This document shows positions 47,179 through 58,485 of a stretch of DNA of 64,000 bases, piece by piece. Within the stretch, counting starts at the first letter, position 1. Every line of letters starts with the position of its first letter. The notes under the pieces were generated by a model. The model saw only the letters and a program-made list of their open reading frames with translations, searched no databases and was not told where the DNA came from. Source of the DNA: Squalus acanthias (taxonomy: Eukaryota); the NCBI GenBank assembly GCA_030390025.1, contig CM059433.1, positions 19,532,001-19,596,000 of the forward strand, written 5' to 3'. Made by a program: the position numbers and the translations under genes.

Positions 47179-48346
47179 GTGTTGTGGCAACTAAAAAGTA
47201 GCTACATTTATTCTTTAAAAAATCAAACTGCTACACTTGGTTACATTAATGAGGCTGTACTGGCAGTCAACCTCGCCCTCCAGGATCTATGGCGGAGGGA
47301 GTGGAGGCAGCGAGAAAGACTGGAACATGTGGCCAGAGGGAGGAGGTGGGCCATCAGGGCTCTCAACAGGAGGCCTTACCCTCTGAGAGTATTCCAAGAG
47401 CACTTCTCCTACCTCCAATTAAGCGAGGAGCAGTGTATTAGAAGGCTCCGCTTCAGCAAGGAGGTGGTCACAGAACTCTGCCAGCTCCTGCAACCGGACC
47501 TCCAGCATCAGATAAGGGCTCTCACGGCTCTCACAGTAGCAGTCAAGGTCACTGTGGCCCCCAATTTCGTCGCCAGCGGATCCTTCCAGTCTGAAACAGG
47601 AAACATAGCTAACATCTCGCAGTTCGCTGTTCATCGCTGTATCCGGGAGATCACAGAGGCTCTCTACAGTAGGAGAAGGGACTACATTTCCTTTGCCATC
47701 ACCAGAGAGAAGCAGGATGAGCGTGCATGTGGCTTTGCCAGGATAGCGGGATTCCTCATGGTGCAGGGCGCCATTGACTGCACCCACGTGGCTTTGTGGG
47801 CACCGCAAAACAATCCTGAGATCTTCCGTAACCGCAAAGGCTACCACTCACTTAATGTGCAGTTGTTGTGCGACCACAGACAGCGAAACCTCAATGTCAA
47901 TGCCCGCTATCCTGGCAGCAGCCACGGTGCCTTTATCCTGCGCCAGACCGGAGTGCCAGCACTCTTCCATTCACCATGTCAAGTTCGCGGCTGCTGCCAG
48001 GACTATCGGCCTGCTGAAGCAACTGTTCCGCTGCCTTGACCGCTCGGGAGGAGCCCTCCAGTACTGGGCTGAGCGGGTGTCCCATTTCGTCGTGGTCTGC
48101 TGCATGATCCACAACTTGGCCATCATGAGGGCCCAGCCCTTGCCACCAGGGATTGCGGGACGACCTCAGGAGGAGGAAGAGGGAGAGAAGGAGGAGGAGG
48201 AGGTGGAGGAGGAGGAGGAGTAGGAGGAAGAGGAAGACGAGGAGGATGAGGAGGAGGAGGAACAGGAATGAGGGAGGAGGCAGCCAATCAATCAGCCTTC
48301 CGGAAGGTCGGTCCGTGATCGCCTCATCCGACTGCGGTTTGAATGA
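47179..48346 (+). pseudogene. Harbinger DDE transposase, disrupted
   Basis: GAIDCTHVALWAP...NRKGYHSLNVQLLCD...ARYPGSSH. A deletion near 47995 removes the GDKGY segment. Downstream LKQLFRCLDRSGG...CCMIHN, acidic tail with stops, ...RDRLIRLRFE*. Confidence 0.92.
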
Positions 48347-48511
48347 ATTAAACCCCAGATCCCCGTTGCTCACCACATCCCCATCATTCCATCCCTGTCG
48401 CAGGCCATATCACAGCGCAAAGCTGAAATGAAACACACCACAAAAGAATCCAAACTGAATTAATAAATTTATCAAAAATCAGTGAACACATATTTACAAC
48501 CAAAATATTAA

Positions 48512-50455
48512 CTATTCACCCTTGTGCAATCCTTTCGTGCCTCTAGTTATTGTGCCTTTGCCTACTCTGGTGCTCCTACGAAGTGTTGGCCCAGTGGCTG
48601 CAGCAGGGCTGGTGGGAGGCTGCTGAGTGTCCGTGCGGGAGACTTCAGATGGCCTTGTAGGACGCCCTCGACCAGCTCTGGGCCTGGAAGGCCTAGTTGT
48701 AGACTGCAGCACCTCAGCATGGGCGGCAGCAGTCTGGGTTGGCTGGATGACAGGCAGTGACAAATTTTTTGTCTTACAATACTGCTGTGCAGCGCCTTGG
48801 GACGTTTTACTACGTTAAAGGCGCTATATAAATACAAGTTGTTGTTGTTATTGACAAGGGCTATGGCGGAGTGGCTGTGGTGGGAGCAGGAATGCTGTCA
48901 TCCTGAGAGAGGACAGCAGGTTCCTGCTCCACTGACCCACTGCCACTCACCCGGGGCAATACCTCAGCATCCCTAGCAATCTGTTGGAGCACAGATTGCA
49001 GGCCTTCTGTGAGACTGTGAAAACCCTGCTCAACTGTGGTGAACCCAGCCACGATGGCAGCAATCAGAGCTTGCGTGGCATCAAGCTGAGACTGCATGAG
49101 AGCAGTCTGAGATTGGATGCCACCAAGCATAGACTGCATTACAGCACTAAGACGTTGTGTCGCTTCCGCCTGTGCTGCAATGGAAGCTGCCAGATCGCCC
49201 ATCACATGCGGCATGAGGTCTGGGTCATCACGGTCTCTCTGGAAGTCTACCATCCTTTGCAGACTTGAAATGATGGGCTCCATGGTGTGCACAGAGCCTT
49301 GTGCAATGTTGGAGGCAGACTCCTCCATGCTCCTTACCTTTGCCGAGAAGCTCTCGGGCACCCTTGCCATTGCACCTATCATCTCCGTGTGCATGCCCAT
49401 CACCTTTCTTTTAAATGCCTCCCCATTGAGGTCCTCATCCAGTCCTATGCAGCAGAACTCGCGCGTGAAGTCGCCCTCCGGGGAGCTGGCCCCCAAGCTA
49501 CCCTTTGCCCCGGCCTTGCTGCAGCCCACTCATCCCCGGTGCCTCACCCTGTGCAGATCCCGCTACTATACCAGCCTCTAAAGAACCCGTAGTGCCAGTA
49601 TCTGAGCTGGTGCCTGCGGGTAAGACATGCAGTGATGCAGTGTGTTCTTCCTCCTCCTCTTCTCCTGCCTCGCTCTCTACGGTGCCCTCAAGGACAGGCT
49701 GCTCAGGTGCTTGCTCATTATCTGAAAGCATAAAGGCACAAGAGTCGTGTTAAGGTGAGGGGAGGGGGCAGGAAGGAAGAAATGCATGCATACAGCATGA
49801 TTAGCTGGAAGATGCAAAACGCTTGTGGGGTGAGGGGGAAGTGGGATGCGAGAAGAAGGAGTAGGGATGAACATACCGTCGTTCTCCCCAAGGGGGTCAA
49901 CATCGCTGGTGGCCACAATGCCCACCGCCTGGTGCCCAATAATCTGCAGCACTCTTTCCTCCAGCTCAGATAGTGGTTGGGTGTCGGCTTGTCCCCCACC
50001 TGTGCACTCCTGCTCCCTCCTGTTGTGAGCCACCTTGGCCTGCAAGAGAAAGGAAAGTGTGTGAGTGAGTGTGGAGCAATGTGTTTGGGAGATGTGCCTG
50101 CTATAGTTGAATAGCTGTCATTGTGTGCAAAGTGTGAGATGTGGGTGTGAGTGTTGGTAGGTGGAGATTGTTGGTGGGTAAGTGCTGGTGTCGTGGTGCT
50201 ATAGGCAGTGTGTGCAGACTATGGTTCAGACGGTGGTATGCAGCATTTGTTGAAGCATTCACTCACCCTGACCACCCGAGTGAGGTTGTTAAATTTCTTC
50301 CTGCACTGGGTGTGGGTCCTGGGGACCACAGTGCTGCCCGAGATGTGCTGCACTACCTCCCTCCACATGGTGCAGAAGACTTGCGGTGAGGGCCTCCTGC
50401 CACTTGTTAGGTAGAGCACCACCCTCCGTCTCTCCACAGCGAAAACCAATGCCTG
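48512..50455 (-). pseudogene. Harbinger Myb/SANT-like gene, disrupted
   Basis: Same three exons as copy 1, but the start codon region is deleted (junction about 50454), exon 3 is frameshifted, and an insert lies at 48764-48851. Confidence 0.88.
48764..48851 (+). mobile_element. L2-like LINE/SINE 3' tail insertion
   Basis: gcgccttgggacgttttactacgttaaaggcgctatataaatacaagttgttgttg. TSD TGACAA at 48758-48763 and 48852-48857. Absent from copy 1. Confidence 0.85.
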
Positions 50456-50930
50456 TGGCAATCATGACTTGCGATTAGACTGCACCCGATATCAGTCCAC
50501 CCTTTGAGTGTAACGACAATGAGTTTGGGCATTAAGGCTTGAATTAGGACTCAATAATTTTTTTGAGCAGTGAGCATGAATTTTGCGTGCAGTCAAAAGA
50601 ATTAGCGCCTGGTGCTAATTTTCCAACTTTTCTACTGATACCGCCCGTTCCTGGGCTATAATGAATTTCTAGCCCCAGGAACTAAAAATATAATAATGAA
50701 TAGTCAACATGGATTTCAAAATGGAATGTCTTGCTTGACCAACCTCATTAAATTCTTTGGAGAGGTAACAAACAAGGGTAATGTAGCAGATGTAATATAT
50801 CTAGATTTCCAAAAGGCCTTTGCTAAGGTCCCACAGATTAATGAATAAGGTCAGGGAATGCAGAATCAGGGGACAAGTAGAAGAATTGATAGCTGACTGG
50901 CTGAAAGACAGAAAGCAGAGAGTAGACTTT

Positions 50931-52096
50931 GGGGGAAAAATTAGGTTGCGCCCCATTTGGGGCGCAAATATCGTCTGGACGCAAATATTAGCGCCTGGCG
51001 CTAATTATCGGCACTGACTGGAAACTTCACTTTTACCGCCCCGGGAGGTGAGTGGAGCGCTAAATCAGGCGCTGCACACCTGTCTTAAGGCGCAAAGGCC
51101 AAGGAGTGAGGTGCTAACTCAGAGCGCTGGCGAAGCTCATGTAATGTCAGTCAGCAATGGAACACACACACAATGGCACGGGCCAGTTCTTAAAGTGGAT
51201 GGTTAATCTTGCTTTCCATCCACATCCTGTTCATTGCAGCCTTGAATCTCGGCCTGGAGAGACTTGCACATCAAATGTGCTGGAAAGAACAATGGAGAGT
51301 ACCAGGCAAAGAGCTCAGAGCGCAGCTCCCACAGTCTCTGCTAAATCGATACAAGGAATGGCAAATCAAAATGAACCTGCAAAGTGCTGCTCAGTACCCA
51401 AAACTCCTTCACACAACGTTGAATCTCTCCAGAAGTCTCTCCCTCTCTCTCTCAGAATGCGTAGTTCAAAAATGCCACGAACAATAAAAGAAAGGAAGAG
51501 GCCCCCTTTAAATAGCGCCCCCCCCCAGCCCCACAGCGATTGATAGCGTTCCAGTCTTCTGGTCGTTGGATGCGCCAGGCGGTAAGGCAGGGGGCGCCAC
51601 TCAATTTCCGCTCCGGGGCGCCACAAGGGCGTTGCACCATGGAATGACGTCACAATCTGCGTGCGCAGGTGGTCGCAGCGGTAAAGTTTAGCGCCGCCGC
51701 ACAATCTCTAGTTAAGTTCCCGAGCGGCGCAAACATCGCTGCGCCCGGGCGTTAGCGGCTTTGCGCCCCATTAGCGCCCTCTTAAGGCGCTAACGGGAGG
51801 CGCAACCAACTGAATTTTTACCCCAGTCTTCTGGTCGTTGGATGCGCCAGGCGGTAAGGCAGGGGGCGCCACTCAATTTCCGCTCCGGGGCGCCACAAGG
51901 GCGTTGCACCATGGAATGACGTCACAATCTGCGTGCGCAGGTGGTCGCAGCGGTAAAGTTTAGCGCCGCCGCACAATCTCTAGTTAAGTTCCCGAGCGGC
52001 GCAAACATCGCTGCGCCCGGGCGTTAGCGGCTTTGCGCCCCATTAGCGCCCTCTTAAGGCGCTAACGGGAGGCGCAACCAACTGAATTTTTACCCC
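50931..52096. mobile_element. Family A element copy 2 with tandemly duplicated right end
   Basis: Reverse homolog of 5513-6407. 51553-51824 is repeated at 51825-52096. Inserted in CR1. Confidence 0.9.
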
Positions 52097-52281
52097 AAAG
52101 AGTCGCTATTCAGAGTGGCAGAAGGTGGGAAGTGTTGTCACACAAGGATCAGTGCTGGGACCACTGTTGTTCACAATTTATATGAACGATTTAGACTTTG
52201 GGATCAAAAATACAATTTCTAAATTTGCTGACAATACCAAATTGGGAGGGATTGTCAACATTGTGGAGGGCTGCAATAAAC

Positions 52282-52407
52282 TTTTTTTTTTATTCATTCA
52301 TGGGACGTGGGCATGGCTGGCAAGGCCAGCATTTATTGCCCATCCCTAATTGCCTTTGAGAAGGTGGTAGTGAGCCGCCTTCTTGAACCGCTGCAGTCCG
52401 TGTGGTG
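52282..52407 (-). mobile_element. 3' tail of a CR1-clade LINE (…FKKAAHYHLLKGN*)
   Basis: Homolog of 15048-15172 with poly-A on the minus strand and a short AAC(T) duplication at the ends. Confidence 0.8.
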
Positions 52408-54422
52408 AACTACAAGAAGATATTAATAAACTTGCAGAATGGGCATATAATTGGCAAATGAATTTCAAGATAGATAAGTGTGAGGTATTTTATTTTGGTA
52501 AGAAAAATAGGGAGATCACATACTACTTAGAAAATAAGAATCTAAATGGGGTAGAGGAGCAAAGGGAACTGGAAGTTCAAATACACAAATCACTAAAAGT
52601 TGCGACGCAGGTCAATAAGGCCATAACAAAAGCAAACCAAGCACTAGGGTTTATTTCTAGAGGGATAGAGAAGTTATGCTAAACTTGTATTGAACCTTGG
52701 TTAGACCACACTTGGAGTACTGTATGCAGTTCTGGTTGCCGTATTATAAAAAGGATATACAGGCACTGGAGAGGGTGCAAAAACGATTTACAAGGATGGT
52801 ACCAGAACTGCAAGGTTATACCTATCAGGAAAGGATGAACAAGCTGGGTCTTTTCTCTCTTCAAAAGAGAAGGCTGAGGGGTAACCTAATAGAGGTCTTT
52901 AAAATTATGAAAGGTATTGATAGAGTAGACACAGAGAGAGTGTTTCCACTTGTGGGGAAGAGCAACACTAGAGGCCATCAATATAAGATAGTCAGCAAGA
53001 AATCAAATAGGGAATTCAGAAGAAACTTCTTTACACAGAGAGTAGTGAGAATGTGGAACTCGCTACCACAGGGAGTAGTTGGGGCAAATAGTATGGATGC
53101 ATTTGAGGGGAGGCTAGATAAGCATATGAGGGAAAAGGGAATAGAGGGTTATGCTGATAGAATTAGATGAAGAAGGATGGGAGGAGGCTCAAGTGGAGCA
53201 TAAACGCCAGCATGGACTGGTTGGGCCGAATGGCCTGTTTCTGTGCTGTATATCCTATGTAATTCTATATAATGATGCAATGTAACTTATGCTACTACTG
53301 ATGTGTCATCAAAGGTTTGAAAGCTTATCAATAATCAAAAGAAAATGTCAGTAACGTTTTTTAGGCCATCTCAAAATGTGATATAACCCTAAATTCACTG
53401 ATTCTGCATTCCCAGTGGGCAGCTCCACTCAAAAGGAGCACAGATTAGAAAATCTGAGTTACAATTTGTAGCTTCATCTCTATTGTGTGCTCCCCTTAAG
53501 CACGACTCACAATTGGAATTGCAGGATTGGTGAATTTGACCAAAAGAGTAATGCACTGGACCTTAAAGACAGTCTTCTCCAGATTATTTGTTGGTGGCCA
53601 GTAGATACACTGAATGTGATGTTGGACTTAGTATAACAAGAAATTCTGTTGTTGCAATTTCTTAAATATAGGGTTGCCACCTGGCTGGTTTTTCACCAGC
53701 ATGGCCAGTAAAAAAAAATATTTAAACTGATTAGATTTTGTGGAATATTCATGTGAATTGGTCATGTCTGGATACCCAGCCTTGTAGATTGGGACCTCAG
53801 TTCCCCTATTGTGAATTGTAAATGAGGAATGACTAACAGCTATGGAGAGGGGCAAGAATCGATGCATTGAGACTGGAAAAAATCTTGTCAAGTCAATCAC
53901 GCAGGATAATATTGTTCTTGGGAAATCATCAATCCCAGCAACCTTTACTGGACATGGTCATATGTTATTTATATAATCAGGCAATCTTTAAGGTCAGGTG
54001 ATGGAGAGAGGAGACAGTTGATTGCTCAAACACCAAAAATGGGAAAAAATGTGTTTTTATGTAACCAGAGCAAGACTTACGTCAAATGGGATTAAGGGCT
54101 CAATCTGCTTTCCTTTCCTGTACTGTTGCAAGTATACAATTGGACATCAAATCAGATGCAAATAGTTTTGACTTTGCAATATGTCAGTTTTTCCCTTTGG
54201 GTGCTGAGGACTAAACAAAGGGTACAATTTACTTGAAGCTGGCATCTTGTCACTTTCTCACCAGGAGCAATGGCTGTATGTTGGCCCTGTAATGCAAGTT
54301 GACATTTAATTTTAAACCATGTTATAATTTTGTTTTCCTTGGAGAGGGAGGACAGACTGCTCAGTTGCTGTACTTCTGTCCCTTCAGCTGGAACTAGAAT
54401 GTGGGAAAAAACAAAGAAAAAA

Positions 54423-54835
54423 TATCGAGTTCAACAATTTCAGATCATAACCTCGGCCCCTACCACACATATATACATTTTATCCACCCTTTTGGTCCGT
54501 GCCTTTTTCCTTTATCCTCTTTTTTTTCTCTCTCTCCCCCTACGGCAGCTGTCTCTCATTCTGCCAGCATTTCACACCTCACCTTTTGTTTCTTAACCTG
54601 TCCTATTACCATCTCGTCTTGCCTTGAGCATCTCTTAATGTCTCTACTTACCATAGACCACCCCTTTTGTTCTTTTATTCCTCCCCCCAGCCTCCCCCTT
54701 GCATTTTTATCTGTTTAATTTCCTGCTCTGTTCTCAGTTCCGACGAAGGGTTTCGACCTGAAACGTTAACTCTGTTTCTCTCTCCACGGATGTTGCCTGG
54801 CCTGCTGAGTTTTTCCAGCGTTTTCTGTTGTTATT
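54423..54835 (+). mobile_element. Penelope-like 3' fragment with degenerate hammerhead (54736-54771)
   Basis: Starts atcgagttcaacaatttcaga (IEFNNFR). AGTT-CCGACGA-A-GGGT-TTCG-ACCT-GAAA-CGTT-AACT. Flanked by AAGAAAAAA on both sides. Confidence 0.8.
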
Positions 54836-55810
54836 AAGAAAAAAGGAATGTTATGTTCAAGACTAATAACCAGGAAGCGGACTGGTATATTCACCTGTTG
54901 GATGTGGCTTCATCTACCAACTTGGACATAAAGGGGAAGCATGCTCCTAGTGGCTCTACAAAACTACCTCATAATCCTAAATGTTCGAAAAGGAATTATC
55001 TGTACATTTATTGTCATTTCTTGGCCACCCTATTTAATGCTTCAGAGGTGTCACTCGGAGCCAGTCTGGGAGCAGCCATTCTGTACAGAACCTCTCCTCC
55101 TGTGACATCATGAGGTTCCGTCTGGTGACAGTACGGGTGGAAAGTTTTAAGCCACAATCACTTGTCCCCTTGGTTTTTCAGAGTTATCTGCTGAAATGCC
55201 AGTGAAATGGAAAAACCTTTATCTTATCCTTTGTTTTGAAAAGAAATCTCTGCATTTTAAATAGAACATGGTTGATCTACTTTACCAGACTGAAAGAAAG
55301 TTCAACAACTGCAGGCAGCAGAAGCAGATTCTGAAGTATAGAGGGGAAGCCTGGAGTGGTCCAATAATATAAAGTTCACGGGGGTTGCGGCCTTTACAGC
55401 CACTGACAGTTTTGTACCCGCGGTGGAGATGAGCTGTATGTTGGGTTGCAGCGCGTAACCTTTCATTGTACAATACTGCCTCTGCAAGCATGGTTGTCCT
55501 TGGGAGGTCGGAGTGCCTCAGTCTCTACTTTTTGGTGTGGAGGCATTGTTGTGTGGGAGCTGTGTGTCTGTAGTGCTGCCTGACCAGCCTGGCCTTCCTT
55601 CACTGCTCTTTCTTTTCTTCCTCCAAAAACCAAAGATACAAGGGAATTTCCAATAGGAATGCATTGTGCCCTCTACGCAATGGAGGGATTTGCAACGTGA
55701 GAAAAAAGGCACTTGGCAACAGCGAAAAAAAAAGAAAGAAAGCCGGAAAGGGTGGTAGAGGCAGAAATCCTCATCGCATGAGTGTCATAACCTGCAAGGC
55801 TACGGACCAA

Positions 55811-56460
55811 GGGGGAAAAATTGAGTCGCGCCCCCTTTGGGGCGCTAACTTTGCCTGGGGCACTACTTTTAGCGCCCCCCAAAAATTAGCGCCCCTGCCA
55901 AAATTCATCGGTAGCGCCCCAAGAGGGAAGTGGGGCATTTCTGGAAACGTCCCGCCTCCCTCTTGGAGCGCTGCGCAGCGCGACCCGGGGCCCAGCTGGG
56001 CCACCAGGGATCGCGAGTGCCAGCAAAAGAGCCCGGCACTCAAGAGAAGTGCCGGGTTCACGGAGCGCAGCCGACACTCCGCAGGGGGGCTGCAGAGGAG
56101 GCCGGGGACGGCAACGGAGGCAGGTGCTGGCAGGCGGCCATCAACAAATATGGCCGCCCGGCACCTCGCTTTTAATTAGCGCTGCCCCGGCCGCAGTTAG
56201 GCCCCCCTGACCCCGTCGGTATCTGGCGGTAAGTCAGGGGGCGCTACCGAAGATCGCGGCCGGGGCGCTGCCCACACCGATGACGTCATCGCCGGCGGCG
56301 CCACACCGCGGGGCGCTAATGGTTACCGCCGCCGCTAACCTCCCGCTGAATTACGCGGGAGGTGTTGGCGGTGCCGCGCCCGGGCGCTAGTTGCTTTGCG
56401 CCCCGTTTGCACCCTCTTAGGGCGCTAACGGGAGGCACAACGCAACCGAATTTTTCCCTC
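55811..56460. mobile_element. Family B MITE inserted into a CR1 3' tail
   Basis: TIR GGGGGAAAAATT / AATTTTTCCCTC. TSD CAA. Flanks rejoin as GYGPRAGKWD and the CR1 tail runs to about 56566. Confidence 0.9.
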
Positions 56461-57397
56461 CAAGAGCTGGAAAATGGGATCAGGCTGGATGGCTCTTTTT
56501 CGGCCGGCACAGACACAGCGGGTCGAATGGCCTCCTTCTCTGCCCTAAATTTCTATGATTCTATGAAAATCACCAAGATTGTCTGAGAAATAAGTTTTTC
56601 GTAAATCCTTATTCAGTACCTATTGGACTCTTTAAATTAGTTTCAGCCTTTCCTCTAATGCCTAGCAAACAAGGATGCCTATTTTATGTTTGTTCATAAA
56701 TATGAGGCCATTATTTCATGACCATCTCATTTGAAAGTGCCGGCTCATTTTAGGGTGGGTGCTTCCATCTGATTGACCGCTGGAAACAACAGCATAAAAA
56801 GGGGCGGACACAAAAGTGGGTAAGTATCTGATGAGACAGACTTTCCCACCTCCACCCACCTGGGTCCTGCCAAAAAAAATCAGGTGGGACAATGTAGAAA
56901 ATCCAAGCTGATGGAATTCTTAACTGTGGCTGCAAGAACAGTACCGCTGGGACTTATCTTTGGGTTGAAGGTGAGTTTAATGTTCCATTAATACCAGGCA
57001 TTAAGCAATCATTGCTCCCACATAGCTCCCACTTAGTGTTCCTGTGGGTGTTTGATGTAAATCGGGGTCAAGTATGTGGTAATTGCCACCCACTCCTGAT
57101 TTAAGGGCCAATTTGAACCAGTTATTAAGAACATTTCAATTTTTCAAAATCCCTTTTGGAAACAGCTGGAAGTTTGTGCTGCTGAGAACATGTGTTACAT
57201 TGTTGCCTTTAGCAGAACAATATTCCAACCACATGTTTTCCTGCAATTGGGATTTTGTCTATGAACTATGAACTTTTTCCTTGACTCCATAAGACGGTCA
57301 AACAAAAATTCCAGGGCATTATTCTTAAGATTATATTAATCCTATCACAGTCGATCCCGTCTTCTGTTTAAACCCTGCAGGGATACCCACGACAGAT

Positions 57398-57595
57398 AGA
57401 AAGAAAGAAGGAAGAAAGACTTGCATTTATATAGCACCTTTCATGACCACCGGACGTCTCAAATCGCTTTACAGCCAATGAAGTACTTTTGAAGTGTAGT
57501 CACTGTTGTAATGTGGGAAACACGGCAGCCAACTTGCGCAAAGCAAGCTCCCATGAACAGCAATGTGATAATGACCAGATAATCTGTTTTTGTGA
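57398..57595 (-). mobile_element. Deu-domain SINE 3' fragment
   Basis: Aligns with 15227-15420. Confidence 0.78.
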
Positions 57596-57842
57596 TCAAT
57601 GTCAAGAAAGGGACCTGGGGAACATCATTGATAAATCATTAAAGCTGCACAAGCAAGAAGAGGAGGCTGTTGAGAAGGTAAATAAGGTTTTAGGTTATAT
57701 TGCTAGGACATTACAAACCAAAAACATTAAACTTAAGCTATTGAAGCCTTTGGGGTGGCAGGACTTGGAGTGTTGTGTGCAGCTTGGGTCCCCACACATG
57801 GTGGGGAATATTGAGGCTTTGGAGAAGGTACAGAGGAGAGAT
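57596..57842 (+). mobile_element. Old CR1-like fragment
   Basis: ERDLGNIIDKSLK...KVNKVLGYIAR...LECCVQLGSP...IEALEKVQRR. Confidence 0.7.
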
Positions 57843-57845
57843 TAA

Positions 57846-58485
57846 GGGGTAGAAATTGGGTAGCACCCCCTACCTTAGCGCCCCCATGGCCAATTTTCCC
57901 AGGTAGTGCCCCGAGAGGGAGGAGGGGCGCTACTGGAAGCGCCCCACATCCCTCTTGGGGCGCTGCGAGCCAATATTGCGGCGCAATGCGCGCGATACTG
58001 CAGGCCTTCCTCCCCTTATTAAAGGGGAGGGGCCTGGCGCAGCGCGTCCCGGCGCCCAGCTGGGCCACCAGGGATCGGGAGTGCCGGCAAACGAGCCCGG
58101 CACTCAAGAGGAGTGCCGGGCTCACGGAGAGCAGCCGGCACCCCGTGGGGGGGGGGGGGGCTTCACGGGGGCCTGGGACTCCAACGGGGGCAGGTGCTGG
58201 CAGGCGGCCAGCAACAAAAATGGCCGCCCGCCACCTCCCCTTTAACTAGCGCTGCCCCGGCCGCAGGTAGGCCCCCCTGACCCCGGTGGACATAGCGTCC
58301 GGCGGTAAGTCAGGGGGCGCCACCCAATATTACAGCCGGGGTGCGAGCGGGGCGCTGCACATGGCGATGATGTCATCGCCGGCGGCGCAGCGCCATGTGG
58401 CGCTAATGGTTAGCGCCGCCGCTAACCTCCCGCTGAATTTTGCGGGCGCTAACAGGAGGCGCAAATCAAACAAATTTAACCCCCC
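57846..58485. mobile_element. Family B MITE
   Basis: Ends GGGGTAGAAATTG / CAAATTTAACCCC. Colinear with 55811-56460. TSD unclear. Confidence 0.85.

Larger units (their letters stand above)
46773..50675. mobile_element. PIF/Harbinger DNA transposon, family H copy 2
   Basis: Ends GGGCAAAAATTT / GAATTTCTAGCCC. Apparent TSD CAG at 46770-46772 and 50676-50678. Inserted in CR1. Colinear with copy 1. Confidence 0.93.
45618..53270 (+). mobile_element. Single CR1 LINE split into five pieces (45618-45925, 46685-46772, 50676-50930, 52097-52281, 52408-53270)
   Basis: Pieces continue one another in ORF2 order (IFKKGDRTCPGNY|RPVS...IEKHQ|...QHGF...WLKDRKQRV|...QGSVLGP...FADNTKLGG|LQEDINKL...VRPHLEYC) and align with 35488-37160. 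Confidence 0.92.

Noticed and set aside
55282..55712. Short minus-strand ORFs in unique-looking sequence
   Set aside because: No recognisable motif or convincing paired splice signals.
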